This document shows positions 45,801 to 61,800 of a stretch of DNA of 64,000 nt, one piece after another. Origin of the DNA: Eledone cirrhosa (taxonomy: Eukaryota). The stretch is from positions 48,360,001-48,424,000 of the forward strand of contig OZ024741.1 in the NCBI GenBank assembly GCA_964016885.1. The letters run 5' to 3'. Positions within the stretch are counted from its first letter, which is position 1; each line of letters begins with the position of its first letter. The position numbers were made by a program, and so were the translations under genes. The notes under the pieces are model-generated. The model saw only the letters and a program-made list of their open reading frames with translations. It was not told the DNA's origin and searched no databases.

Positions 45801-47987
45801 CTATTCTCAATCTTCATATAAACCCACACTGTATTGCCCTCTACCATGCTCAATCTTCATATAAACCCACACTTTATTGCCCTCTACCGTCCTCAATCTT
45901 CATGTAAACCCACACCGTATTGCCCTCTAACATTCTCAATCTTCATGTAAACCCACACTGTATTGCCCTCTACCATCCTCAATCTTCATATAAACCCACA
46001 CTGTATTGCCCTCTACCATTCTTAATCTTCATGTAAACCCACACTGTATTGCCCTCTAACATTCTCAATCTTCATATAAACCCACACTGTATTGCCCTCT
46101 ACCGTCCTCAATCTTCATATAAACCCACACTGTATTGCCCTCTACCATTCTCAATCTTCATATAAACCCACACTGTATTGCCCTCTAACATTCTCAATCT
46201 TCATATAAACCCACACTGTATTGCCCTCTAACATTCTCAATCTTCATATAAACCCACACTGTATTGCCCTCTACCGTCCTCAATCTTCATATAAACCCAC
46301 ACTGTATTGCCCTCTAACATTCTCAATCTTCATATAAACCCACACTGTATTGCCCTCTAACATCCTCAATCTTCATGTAAACCCACACTGTATTGCCCTC
46401 TACCATTCTCAATATTCATATAAACCCACACTGTATTGCCCTCTACCATCCTCAATCTTCATATAAAACCACACTGTATTGCCCTCTACCACCCTCAATC
46501 TTAATGTAAACCCACACTGGATTGCCCTCTACCATCCTCAATCTTCATGTAAACGCACACTGTATGCCCTCTACTATTCTCAATCTTCATATAAACCCAC
46601 ACTGTATTGCCCTCTACCATCCTCAATCTTCATATAAACCCACACTGTATTGCCCTCTACCATCCTCAATCTTCATATAAAACCACACTGTATTGCCCTC
46701 TACCAGCCTCAATCTTAATGTAAACCCACACTGGATTGCCCTCTACCATCCTCAATCTTCATGTAAACGCACACTGTATGCCCTCTACTATTCTCAATCT
46801 TCATATAAACCCACACTGTATTGCCCTCTACCATCCTCAATCTTCATATAAACCCACACTGTATTGCCCTCTACCATCCTCAATCTTCATATAAACCCAC
46901 ACTGTATTGCCCTCTACCATCCTCAATCTTCATATAAACCCACACTTTATTGCCCTCTACCATTCTCAATATTCATATAAACCCACAGTGTATTGCCCTC
47001 TACCATTCTCAATCTTCATATAAACCCACACTGTATTGCCTCTACCATCCTCAATCTTCATATAAACCCACACTGTATTGCCCTCTACCATCCTCAATCT
47101 TCATATAAACCCACACTGTATTGCCCTCTACCGTCCTCAATCTTCATATAAACCCACACTGTATTGCCCTCTACCATTCTCAATCTTCATGTAAACCGAC
47201 ACTGTATTGCCCTCTACCATTCTCAATCTTCATATAAACCCACAGTGTATTGCCCTCTACCATTCTCAATCTTCATATAAACCCACACTGTATTGCCTCT
47301 ACCATCCTCAATCTTCATATAAACCCACACTGTATTGCCCTCTACCACCCTCAATCTTCATGTAAACCCACACTGGATTGCCCTCTACCATCCTCAATCT
47401 TCATGTAAACGCACACTGTATGCCCTCTACTATTCTCAATCTTCATATAAACCCACACTGTATTGCCCTCTACCATTCTCAATCTTCATATAAACCCACA
47501 CTTTATTGCCCTCTACTATTCTCAATCTTCATATAAACCCACACTGTATTGCCCTCTACCATCCTCAATCTTCATATAAACCCACACTTTATTGCCCTCT
47601 ACCGTCCTCAATCTTCATGTAAACCCACACCGTATTGCCCTCTACCATTCTCAATCTTCATGTAAACCCACACTGTATTGCCCTCTACCATCCTCAATCT
47701 TCATATAAACCCACACTGTATTGCCCTCTACCATTCTTAATCTTCATGTAAACCCACACTGTATTGCCCTCTAACATTCTCAATCTTCATATAAACCAAC
47801 ACTGTATTGCCCTCTACCGTCCTCAATCTTCATATAAACCCACACTGTATTGCCCTCTACCATTCTCAATCTTCATATAAACCCACACTGTATTGCCCTC
47901 TAACATTCTCAATCTTCATATAAACCCACACTGTATTGCCCTCTAACATTCTCAATCTTCATATAAACCCACACTGTATTGCCCTCT
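39805..47987. repeat. Tandem duplication of a 4,073-bp (~95-monomer) unit, 2 copies
   Basis: ORF markers at 40005/44078 and ATTCCCCTCTACCATAC at 39918/43991 give offset 4073. The order of rare variants is the same in both copies. Confidence 0.88.
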
Positions 47988-49833
47988 TCCGTCCTCAATC
48001 TTCATATAAACCCACACTGTATTGCCCTCTAACATTCTCAATCTTCATATAAACCCACACTGTATTGCCCTCTAACATTCTCAATCTTCATGTAAACCCA
48101 CACTGTATTGCCCTCTACCATACTCAATCTTCATATAAACCCACACTGTATTTCTCTCTACCATTCTCAATCTTCATGTAAACCCACACTTTATTGCCCT
48201 CTACTATTCTCAATCTTCATATAAACCCACACTGTATTGCCCTCTAACATTCTCAATCTTCATATAAACCCACACTGTATTGCTCTCTACCATTCTCAAT
48301 CTTCATGTAAACCCACACTGTATTGCCCTCTACCATGCTCAATCTTCATATAAACCCACACTGTATTGCCCTCTACCATCCTCAATCTTCATGTAAACCC
48401 ACACTGTATTGCCCTCCACCTTTCTCAATCTTCATATAAACCCACACTGTATTGCCCTCTACCATCCTCAATCTTCATGTAAACCCACACTGTATGCACT
48501 CTACCATTCTCAATCTTCATATAAACCCACACTGTATTGCCCTCTACCATCCTCAATCTTCATATAAACCCACACTGTATTGCCTCTACCATCCTCAATC
48601 TTCATATAAACCCAAACTGTATTGCCCTCTACCATTCTCAATTTTCATGTAAACCCACACTGTATTGCCCTCTACCATCCTCAATTTTCATATAAACCCA
48701 CACTGTATTGCTCTCTACCATCCTCAATCTTCATATAAACCCACTCTGTATTGCCCTCTACCATTCTCAATCTTCATATAAACCCACACTGTATTGTCCT
48801 CTACCATCCTCAATCTTCATATAAACCCACGCTGTATTCCCCTCTACCATTCTCAATCTTCATGTAAACCCACACTGTATGGCCTCTAACATCCTCAATC
48901 TTCATGTAAACCCACACTGTATTGCCCTCTACCATTCTCAATATTCATATAAACCCACACTGTATTGCCCTCTACCATCCTCAATCTTCATATAAAACCA
49001 CACTGTATTGCCCTCTACCACCCTCAATCTTCATGTAAACCCACACTGGATTGCCCTCTACCATCCTCAATCTTCATGTAAACGCACACTGTATGCCCTC
49101 TACTATTCTCAATCTTCATATAAACCCACACTGTATTGCCCTCTACCATCCTCAATCTTCATATAAACCCACACTGTATTGCCCTCTACCATCCTCAATC
49201 TTCATATAAACCCACACTGTATTGCCCTCTACCATCCTCAATCTTCATATAAACCCACACTTTATTGCCCTCTACCATTCTCAATCTTCATATAAACCCA
49301 CAGTGTATTGCCCTCTACCATTCTCAATCTTCATATAAACCCACACTGTATTGCCTCTACCATCCTCAATCTTCATATAAACCCACACTGTATTGCCCTC
49401 TACCATTCTCAATCTTCATGTAAACCGACACTGTATTGCCCTCTACCATTCTCAATCTTCATATAAACCCACAGTGTATTGCCCTCTACCATTCTCAATC
49501 TTCATATAAACCCACACTGTATTGCCTCTACCATCCTCAATCTTCATATAAACCCACACTGTATTGCCCTCTACCACCCTCAATCTTCATGTAAACCCAC
49601 ACTGGATTGCCCTCTACCATCCTCAATCTTCATGTAAACGCACACTGTATGCCCTCTACTATTCTCAATCTTCATATAAACCCACACTGTATTGCCCTCT
49701 ACCATTCTCAATCTTCATATAAACCCACACTTTATTGCCCTCTACTATTCTCAATCTTCATATAAACCCACACTGTATTGCCCTCTACCATCCTCAATCT
49801 TCATATAAACCCACACTTTATTGCCCTCTACCG

Positions 49834-52800
49834 TCCTCAATCTTCATGTAAACCCACACCGTATTGCCCTCTACTATTCTCAATCTTCATGTAAACCCAC
49901 ACTGTATTGCCCTCTACCATCCTCAATCTTCATATAAACCCACACTGTATTGCCCTCTACCATTCTTAATCTTCATGTAAACCCACACTGTATTGCCCTC
50001 TAACATTCTCAATCTTCATATAAACCCACACTGTATTGCCCTCTACCATTCTCAATCTTCATATAAACCCACACTGTATTGCCCTCTACCATTCTCAATC
50101 TTCATATAAACCCACACTGTATTGCCCTCTACCATTCTCAATCTTCATGTAAACCCACACTGTATTGCCCTCTACCACCCTCAATCTTCATGTAAACCCC
50201 ACTGTATTGCCCTCTACCATTCTCAATCTTCATGTAAACCCACACTGTATTGCCCTCTACCATTCTCAATCTTCATGTAAACCCACACTGTATTGCCCTC
50301 TACCATCCTCAATCTTCATATAAACCCACACTGTATTGCCCTCTACCATCCTCAATCTTCATGTAAACCGACACTGTATTGCCCTCTACCATCCTCAATC
50401 TTCATATAAACCCACACTTTATTGCCCTCTACCATCCTCAATCTTCATATAAACCCACACTGTATTGCCCTCTACCATTCTCAATCTTCATGTAAACCCA
50501 CACTGTATTGCTCTCTACCATCCTCAATCTTCATATAAACCCACACTGTATTGCCCTCTACCATTCTCAATCTTCATGTAAACCCACACTGTATTGCTCT
50601 CTACCATCCTCAATCTTCATATAAACCCACACTGTATTGCCCTCTACCATTCTCAATCTTCATGTAAACCCACACTGTATTGCTCTCTACCATCCTCAAT
50701 CTTCATATAAACCCACACTGTATTGCCCTCTACCATGCTCAATCTTCATATAAACCCACTCTATATTGCCCTCTACCATTCTCAATCTTCATATAAACCC
50801 ACACTGTATTATCCTCTACCATCCTCAATCTTCATATAAACCCACACTGTATTGCCCTCTACCATGCTCAATCTTCATGTAAACCCACACTGTATTGCTC
50901 TCTACCATCCTCAATCTTCATATAAACCCACTCTGTATTGCCCTCTACCATTCTCAATCTTCATATAAACCCACACTGTATTGTCCTCTACCATTCTCAA
51001 TCTTCATGTAAACCCACAGTGTATTGCCCTCTACCATTCTCAATCTTCATGTAAACCCACACTGTATTGCCCTTTACCATTCTCAATCTTCATGTAAACC
51101 CACACTGTATTGCCCTCTACCATTCTCAATCTTCATGTAAAACCCATACTGTATTGCCCTCTACCATCCTCAATCTTCATGTAAACCCACAATGTATTGC
51201 CCTCTACCATCCTCAATCTTCATATAAACCCACACTGTATTGCCCATCACCATGGTCAATCTTCATATAAACCAACACTGTATTGCCCTCTACCATCCTC
51301 AATCTTCATGTAAACCAATACTGTATTGCCCTCTACCATCCTCAATCTTCATGTAAACCCACATTGTATTGCCCTCTACCATCCTCAATCTTCATGTAAA
51401 CCCACACTGTATTGCCCTCTACCATCCCCAATCTTCATATAAACCCACACTGTATTGCCCTCTACCATCCTCAATCTTCATGTAAACCCACACTCTATGG
51501 CCTCTACCATCCTCAATCGTCATGTAAACCCACACTGTATTGCCCTCTACCATTCTCAAGATTCATATAAACCCACACTGTATTGCCCTCTACCATCCTC
51601 AATCTTCATATAAAACCACACTGTATGGCCTCTACCATCCTCAATCTTCATATAAACCCATACTATATTGCCCTCTAACATTCTCAATCTTCATATAAAC
51701 CCACACTGTGTTGCTCTCTACCATTCTCAATCTTCATGTAAACCCACACTGTATTGCCCTCTACCATGCTCAATCTTCATATAAACCCACACTGTATTGC
51801 CCTCTACCATCCTCAATCTTCATGTAAACGCACACTGTATGCCCTCTACTATTCTCAATCTTCATATAAACCCACACTGTATTGCCCTCTACCATTCTCA
51901 ATCTTCATATAAACCCACACTTTATTGCCCTCTACTATTCTCAATCTTCATATAAACCCACACTGTATTGCCCTCTACCATCCTCAATCTTCATATAAAC
52001 CCACACTTTATTGCCCTCTACCGTCCTCAATCTTCATGTAAACCCACACCGTATTGCCCTCTACCATTCTCAATCTTCATGTAAACCCACACTGTATTGC
52101 CCTCTACCATCCTCAATCTTCATATAAACCCACACTGTATTGCCCTCTACCATTCTTAATCTTCATGTAAACCCACACTGTATTGCCCTCTAACATTCTC
52201 AATCTTCATATAAACCCACACTGTATTGCCCTCTACCGTCCTCAATCTTCATATAAACCCACACTGTATTGCCCTCTACCATTCTCAATCTTCATATAAA
52301 CCCACACTGTATTGCCCTCTAACATTCTCAATCTTCATATAAACCCACACTGTATTGCCCTCTACCGTCCTCAATCTTCATATAAACCCACACTGTATTG
52401 CCCTCTAACATTCTCAATCTTCATATAAACCCACACTGTATTGCCCTCTAACATTCTCAATCTTCATGTAAACCCACACTGTATTGCCCTCTACCATACT
52501 CAATCTTCATATAAACCCACACTGTATTGCTCTCTACCATTCTCAATCTTCATGTAAACCCACACTTTATTGCCCTCTACTATTCTCAATCTTCATATAA
52601 ACCCACACTGTATTGCCCTCTAACATTCTCAATCTTCATATAAACCCACACTGTATTGCTCTCTACCATTCTCAATCTTCATGTAAACCCACACTGTATT
52701 GCCCTCTACCATTCTCAATCTTCATGTAAAACCCATACTGTATTGCCCTCTACCATCCTCAATCTTCATGTAAACCCACAATGTATTGCCCTCTACCATC

Positions 52801-55800
52801 CTCAATCTTCATATAAACCCACACTGTATTGCCCTCTACCATCCTCAATCTTCATGTAAACCAATACTGTATTGCCCTCTACCATCCTCAATCTTCATGT
52901 AAACCCACATTGTATTGCCCTCTACCATCCTCAATCTTCATGTAAACCCACACTGTATTGCCCTCTACCATCCCCAATCTTCATATAAACCCACACTGTA
53001 TTGCCCTCTACCATCCTCAATCTTCATGTAAACCCACACTCTATGGCCTCTACCATCCTCAATCGTCATGTAAACCCACACTGTATTGCCCTCTACCATT
53101 CTCAATATTCATATAAACCCACACTGTATTGCCCTCTACCATCCTCAATCTTCATATAAAACCACACTGTATGGCCTCTACCATCCTCAATCTTCATATA
53201 AACCCATACTATATTGCCCTCTAACATTCTCAATCTTCATATAAACCCACACTGTATTGCTCTCTACCATTCTCAATCTTCATGTAAACCCACACTGTAT
53301 TGCCCTCTACCATGCTCAATCTTCATATAAACCCACACTGTATTGCCCTCTACCATCCTCAATCTTCATGTAAACGCACACCGTATGCCCTCTACTATTC
53401 TCAATCTTCATATAAACCCACACTGTATTGCCCTCTACCATTCTCAATCTTCATATAAACCCACACTTTATTGCCCTCTACTATTCTCAATCTTCATATA
53501 AACCCACACTGTATTGCCCTCTACCATCCTCAATCTTCATATAAACCCACACTTTATTGCCCTCTACCGTCCTCAATCTTCATGTAAACCCACACCGTAT
53601 TGCCCTCTACCATTCTCAATCTTCATGTAAACCCACACTGTATTGCCCTCTACCATCCTCAATCTTCATATAAACCCACACTGTATTGCCCTCTACCATT
53701 CTTAATCTTCATGTAAACCCACACTGTATTGCCCTCTAACATTCTCAATCTTCATATAAACCCACACTGTATTGCCCTCTACCGTCCTCAATCTTCATAT
53801 AAACCCACACTGTATTGCCCTCTACCATTCTCAATCTTCATATAAACCCACACTGTATTGCCCTCTAACATTCTCAATCTTCATATAAACCCACACTGTA
53901 TTGCCCTCTAACATTCTCAATCTTCATATAAACCCACACTGTATTGCCCTCTACCGTCCTCAATCTTCATATAAACCCACACTGTATTGCCCTCTAACAT
54001 TCTCAATCTTCATATAAACCCACACTGTATTGCCCTCTAACATTCTCAATCTTCATGTAAACCCACACTGTATTGCTCTCTACCATTCTCAATCTCTATG
54101 TAAACCCACACTGTATTGCCCTCTACCATCCTCAATCTTCATATAAACCCACACTGTATTGCCCTCTACTATTCTCAATCTTCATATAAACCCACACTGT
54201 ATTGCCCTCTAACATTCTCAATCTTCATATAAACCCACACTGTATTGCTCTCTACCATTCTCAATCTTCATGTAAACCCACACTGTATTGCCCTCTACCA
54301 TGCTCAATCTTCATATAAACCCACACTGTATTGCCCTCTACCATCCTCAATCTTCATTTAAACCCACACTGTATTGCCCTCCACCTTTCTCAATCTTCAT
54401 ATAAACCCACACTGTATTGCCCTCTACCATCCTCAATCTTCATGTAAACCCACACTGTATGCACTCTACCATTCTCAATCTTCATATAAACCCACACTGT
54501 ATTGCCCTCTACCATCCTCAATCTTCATATAAACCCACACTGTATTGCCTCTACCATCCTCAATCTTCATATAAACCCAAACTGTATTGCCCTCTACCAT
54601 TCTCAATTTTCATGTAAACCCACACTGTATTGCCCTCTACCATCCTCAATTTTCATATAAACCCACACTGTATTGCTCTCTACCATCCTCAATCTTCATA
54701 TAAACCCACACTGTATTGCCCTCTACCATTCTCAATCTTCATATAAACCCACACTGTATTGTCCTCTACCATCCTCAATCTTCATATAAACCCACGCTGT
54801 ATTCCCCTCTACCATTCTCAATCTTCATGTAAACCCACACTGTATGGCCTCTAACATCCTCAATCTTCATGTAAACCCACACTGTATTGCCCTCTACCAT
54901 TCTCAATATTCATATAAACCCACACTGTATTGCCCTCTACCATCCTCAATCTTCATATAAAACCACACTGTATTGCCCTCTACCACCCTCAATCTTCATG
55001 TAAACCCACACTGGATTGCCCTCTACCATCCTCAATCTTCATGTAAACGCACACTGTATGCCCTCTACTATTCTCAATCTTCATATAAACCCACACTGTA
55101 TTGCCCTCTACCATCCTCAATCTTCATGTAAACCGACACTGTATTGCCCTCTACCATTCTCAATCTTCATATAAACCCACAGTGTATTGCCCTCTACCAT
55201 TCTCAATCTTCATATAAACCCACACTGTATTGCCTCTACCATCCTCAATCTTCATATAAACCCACACTGTATTGCCCTCTACCACCCTCAATCTTTATGT
55301 AAACCCACACTGGATTGCCCTCTACCATCCTCAATCTTCATGTAAACGCACACTGTATGCCCTCTACTATTCTCAATCTTCATATAAACCCACACTGTAT
55401 TGCCCTCTACCATTCTCAATCTTCATATACACCCACACTTTATTGCCCTCTACTATTCTCAATCTTCATATAAACCCACACTGTATTGCCCTCTACCATC
55501 CTCAATCTTCATATAAACCCACACTTTATTGCCCTCTACCGTCCTCAATCTTCATGTAAACCCACACCGTATTGCCCTCTACCATTCTCAATCTTCATGT
55601 AAACCCACACTGTATTGCCCTCTACCACCCTCAATCTTCATGTAAACGCACACTGTATTGCCCTCTACCATTCTCAATCTTCATGTAAACCCACACTGTA
55701 TTGCCCTCTACCATTCTCAATCTTCATGTAAACCCACACTGTATTGCCCTCTACCATCCTCAATCTTCATATAAACCCACACTGTATTGCCCTCTACCAT

Positions 55801-58800
55801 CCTCAATCTTCATGTAAACCCACACCGTATTGCCCTCTACTATTCTCAATCTTCATGTAAACCCACACTGTATTGCCCTCTACCATCCTCAATCTTCATA
55901 TAAACCCACACTGTATTGCCCTCTACCATTCTTAATCTTCATGTAAACCCACACTGTATTGCCCTCTAACATTCTCAATCTTCATATAAACCCACACTGT
56001 ATTGCCCTCTACCATTCTCAATCTTCATATAAACCCACACTGTATTGCCCTCTACCATTCTCAATCTTCATATAAACCCACACTGTATTGCCCTCTACCA
56101 TTCTCAATCTTCATGTAAACCCACACTGTATTGCCCTCTACCACCCTCAATCTTCATGTAAACCCCACTGTATTGCCCTCTACCATTCTCAATCTTCATG
56201 TAAACCCACACTGTATTGCCCTCTACCATTCTCAATCTTCATGTAAACCCACACTGTATTGCCCTCTACCATCCTCAATCTTCATATAAACCCACACTGT
56301 ATTGCCCTCTACCATCCTCAATCTTCATGTAAACCGACACTGTATTGCCCTCTACCATCCTCAATCTTCATATAAACCCACACTTTATTGCCCTCTACCA
56401 TCCTCAATCTTCATATAAACCCACACTGTATTGCCCTCTACCATTCTCAATCTTCATGTAAACCCACACTGTATTGCTCTCTACCATCCTCAATCTTCAT
56501 ATAAACCCACACTGTATTGCCCTCTACCATTCTCAATCTTCATGTAAACCCACACTGTATTGCACTCTACCATCCTCAATCTTCATATAAACCCACACTG
56601 TATTGCCCTCTACCATTCTCAATCTTCATGTAAACCCACACTGTATTGCTCTCTACCATCCTCAATCTTCATATAAACCCACACTGTATTGCCCTCTACC
56701 ATGCTCAATCTTCATATAAACCCACTCTGTATTGCCCTCTACCATTCTCAATCTTCATATAAACCCACACTGTATTATCCTCTACCATCCTCAATCTTCA
56801 TATAAACCCACACTGTATTGCCCTCTACCATGCTCAATCTTCATGTAAACCCACACTGTATTGCTCTCTACCATCCTCAATCTTCATATAAACCCACTCT
56901 GTATTGCCCTCTACCATTCTCAATCTTCATATAAACCCACACTGTATTGTCCTCTACCATTCTCAATCTTCATGTAAACCCACAGTGTATTGCCCTCTAC
57001 CATTCTCAATCTTCATGTAAACCCACACTGTATTGCCCTTTACCATTCTCAATCTTCATGTAAACCCACACTGTATTGCCCTCTACCATTCTCAATCTTC
57101 ATGTAAAACCCATACTGTATTGCCCTCTACCATCCTCAATCTTCATGTAAACCCACAATGTATTGCCCTCTACCATCCTCAATCTTCATATAAACCCACA
57201 CTGTATTGCCCATCACCATGGTCAATCTTCATATAAACCAACACTGTATTGCCCTCTACCATCCTCAATCTTCATGTAAACCAATACTGTATTGCCCTCT
57301 ACCATCCTCAATCTTCATGTAAACCCACATTGTATTGCCCTCTACCATCCTCAATCTTCATGTAAACCCACACTGTATTGCCCTCTACCATCCCCAATCT
57401 TCATATAAACCCACACTGTATTGCCCTCTACCATCCTCAATCTTCATGTAAACCCACACTCTATGGCCTCTACCATCCTCAATCGTCATGTAAACCCACA
57501 CTGTATTGCCCTCTACCATTCTCAAGATTCATATAAACCCACACTGTATTGCCCTCTACCATCCTCAATCTTCATATAAAACCACACTGTATGGCCTCTA
57601 CCATCCTCAATCTTCATATAAACCCATACTATATTGCCCTCTAACATTCTCAATCTTCATATAAACCCACACTGTGTTGCTCTCTACCATTCTCAATCTT
57701 CATGTAAACCCACACTGTATTGCCCTCTACCATGCTCAATCTTCATATAAACCCACACTGTATTGCCCTCTACCATCCTCAATCTTCATGTAAACGCACA
57801 CTGTATGCCCTCTACTATTCTCAATCTTCATATAAACCCACACTGTATTGCCCTCTACCATTCTCAATCTTCATATAAACCCACACTTTATTGCCCTCTA
57901 CTATTCTCAATCTTCATATAAACCCACACTGTATTGCCCTCTACCATCCTCAATCTTCATATAAACCCACACTTTATTGCCCTCTACCGTCCTCAATCTT
58001 CATGTAAACCCACACCGTATTGCCCTCTACCATTCTCAATCTTCATGTAAACCCACACTGTATTGCCCTCTACCATCCTCAATCTTCATATAAACCCACA
58101 CTGTATTGCCCTCTACCATTCTTAATCTTCATGTAAACCCACACTGTATTGCCCTCTAACATTCTCAATCTTCATATAAACCCACACTGTATTGCCCTCT
58201 ACCGTCCTCAATCTTCATATAAACCCACACTGTATTGCCCTCTACCATTCTCAATCTTCATATAAACCCACACTGTATTGCCCTCTAACATTCTCAATCT
58301 TCATATAAACCCACACTGTATTGCCCTCTACCGTCCTCAATCTTCATATAAACCCACACTGTATTGCCCTCTAACATTCTCAATCTTCATATAAACCCAC
58401 ACTGTATTGCCCTCTAACATTCTCAATCTTCATGTAAACCCACACTGTATTGCCCTCTACCATACTCAATCTTCATATAAACCCACACTGTATTGCTCTC
58501 TACCATTCTCAATCTTCATGTAAACCCACACTTTATTGCCCTCTACTATTCTCAATCTTCATATAAACCCACACTGTATTGCCCTCTAACATTCTCAATC
58601 TTCATATAAACCCACACTGTATTGCTCTCTACCATTCTCAATCTTCATGTAAACCCACACTGTATTGCCCTCTACCATTCTCAATCTTCATGTAAAACCC
58701 ATACTGTATTGCCCTCTACCATCCTCAATCTTCATGTAAACCCACAATGTATTGCCCTCTACCATCCTCAATCTTCATATAAACCCACACTGTATTGCCC

Positions 58801-61800
58801 TCTACCATCCTCAATCTTCATGTAAACCAATACTGTATTGCCCTCTACCATCCTCAATCTTCATGTAAACCCACATTGTATTGCCCTCTACCATCCTCAA
58901 TCTTCATGTAAACCCACACTGTATTGCCCTCTACCATCCCCAATCTTCATATAAACCCACACTGTATTGCCCTCTACCATCCTCAATCTTCATGTAAACC
59001 CACACTCTATGGCCTCTACCATCCTCAATCGTCATGTAAACCCACACTGTATTGCCCTCTACCATTCTCAATATTCATATAAACCCACACTGTATTGCCC
59101 TCTACCATCCTCAATCTTCATATAAAACCACACTGTATGGCCTCTACCATCCTCAATCTTCATATAAACCCATACTATATTGCCCTCTAACATTCTCAAT
59201 CTTCATATAAACCCACACTGTATTGCTCTCTACCATTCTCAATCTTCATGTAAACCCACACTGTATTGCCCTCTACCATGCTCAATCTTCATATAAACCC
59301 ACACTGTATTGCCCTCTACCATCCTCAATCTTCATGTAAACGCACACCGTATGCCCTCTACTATTCTCAATCTTCATATAAACCCACACTGTATTGCCCT
59401 CTACCATTCTCAATCTTCATATAAACCCACACTTTATTGCCCTCTACTATTCTCAATCTTCATATAAACCCACACTGTATTGCCCTCTACCATCCTCAAT
59501 CTTCATATAAACCCACACTTTATTGCCCTCTACCGTCCTCAATCTTCATGTAAACCCACACCGTATTGCCCTCTACCATTCTCAATCTTCATGTAAACCC
59601 ACACTGTATTGCCCTCTACCATCCTCAATCTTCATATAAACCCACACTGTATTGCCCTCTACCATTCTTAATCTTCATGTAAACCCACACTGTATTGCCC
59701 TCTAACATTCTCAATCTTCATATAAACCCACACTGTATTGCCCTCTACCGTCCTCAATCTTCATATAAACCCACACTGTATTGCCCTCTACCATTCTCAA
59801 TCTTCATATAAACCCACACTGTATTGCCCTCTAACATTCTCAATCTTCATATAAACCCACACTGTATTGCCCTCTAACATTCTCAATCTTCATATAAACC
59901 CACACTGTATTGCCCTCTACCGTCCTCAATCTTCATATAAACCCACACTGTATTGCCCTCTAACATTCTCAATCTTCATATAAACCCACACTGTATTGCC
60001 CTCTAACATTCTCAATCTTCATGTAAACCCACACTGTATTGCTCTCTACCATTCTCAATCTCTATGTAAACCCACACTGTATTGCCCTCTACCATCCTCA
60101 ATCTTCATATAAACCCACACTGTATTGCCCTCTACTATTCTCAATCTTCATATAAACCCACACTGTATTGCCCTCTAACATTCTCAATCTTCATATAAAC
60201 CCACACTGTATTGCTCTCTACCATTCTCAATCTTCATGTAAACCCACACTGTATTGCCCTCTACCATGCTCAATCTTCATATAAACCCACACTGTATTGC
60301 CCTCTACCATCCTCAATCTTCATTTAAACCCACACTGTATTGCCCTCCACCTTTCTCAATCTTCATATAAACCCACACTGTATTGCCCTCTACCATCCTC
60401 AATCTTCATGTAAACCCACACTGTATGCACTCTACCATTCTCAATCTTCATATAAACCCACACTGTATTGCCCTCTACCATCCTCAATCTTCATATAAAC
60501 CCACACTGTATTGCCTCTACCATCCTCAATCTTCATATAAACCCAAACTGTATTGCCCTCTACCATTCTCAATTTTCATGTAAACCCACACTGTATTGCC
60601 CTCTACCATCCTCAATTTTCATATAAACCCACACTGTATTGCTCTCTACCATCCTCAATCTTCATATAAACCCACACTGTATTGCCCTCTACCATTCTCA
60701 ATCTTCATATAAACCCACACTGTATTGTCCTCTACCATCCTCAATCTTCATATAAACCCACGCTGTATTCCCCTCTACCATTCTCAATCTTCATGTAAAC
60801 CCACACTGTATGGCCTCTAACATCCTCAATCTTCATGTAAACCCACACTGTATTGCCCTCTACCATTCTCAATATTCATATAAACCCACACTGTATTGCC
60901 CTCTACCATCCTCAATCTTCATATAAAACCACACTGTATTGCCCTCTACCACCCTCAATCTTCATGTAAACCCACACTGGATTGCCCTCTACCATCCTCA
61001 ATCTTCATGTAAACGCACACTGTATGCCCTCTACTATTCTCAATCTTCATATAAACCCACACTGTATTGCCCTCTACCATCCTCAATCTTCATGTAAACC
61101 GACACTGTATTGCCCTCTACCATTCTCAATCTTCATATAAACCCACAGTGTATTGCCCTCTACCATTCTCAATCTTCATATAAACCCACACTGTATTGCC
61201 TCTACCATCCTCAATCTTCATATAAACCCACACTGTATTGCCCTCTACCACCCTCAATCTTTATGTAAACCCACACTGGATTGCCCTCTACCATCCTCAA
61301 TCTTCATGTAAACGCACACTGTATGCCCTCTACTATTCTCAATCTTCATATAAACCCACACTGTATTGCCCTCTACCATTCTCAATCTTCATATACACCC
61401 ACACTTTATTGCCCTCTACTATTCTCAATCTTCATATAAACCCACACTGTATTGCCCTCTACCATCCTCAATCTTCATATAAACCCACACTTTATTGCCC
61501 TCTACCGTCCTCAATCTTCATGTAAACCCACACCGTATTGCCCTCTACCATTCTCAATCTTCATGTAAACCCACACTGTATTGCCCTCTACCACCCTCAA
61601 TCTTCATGTAAACGCACACTGTATTGCCCTCTACCATTCTCAATCTTCATGTAAACCCACACTGTATTGCCCTCTACCATTCTCAATCTTCATGTAAACC
61701 CACACTGTATTGCCCTCTACCATCCTCAATCTTCATATAAACCCACACTGTATTGCCCTCTACCATCCTCAATCTTCATGTAAACCCACACCGTATTGCC

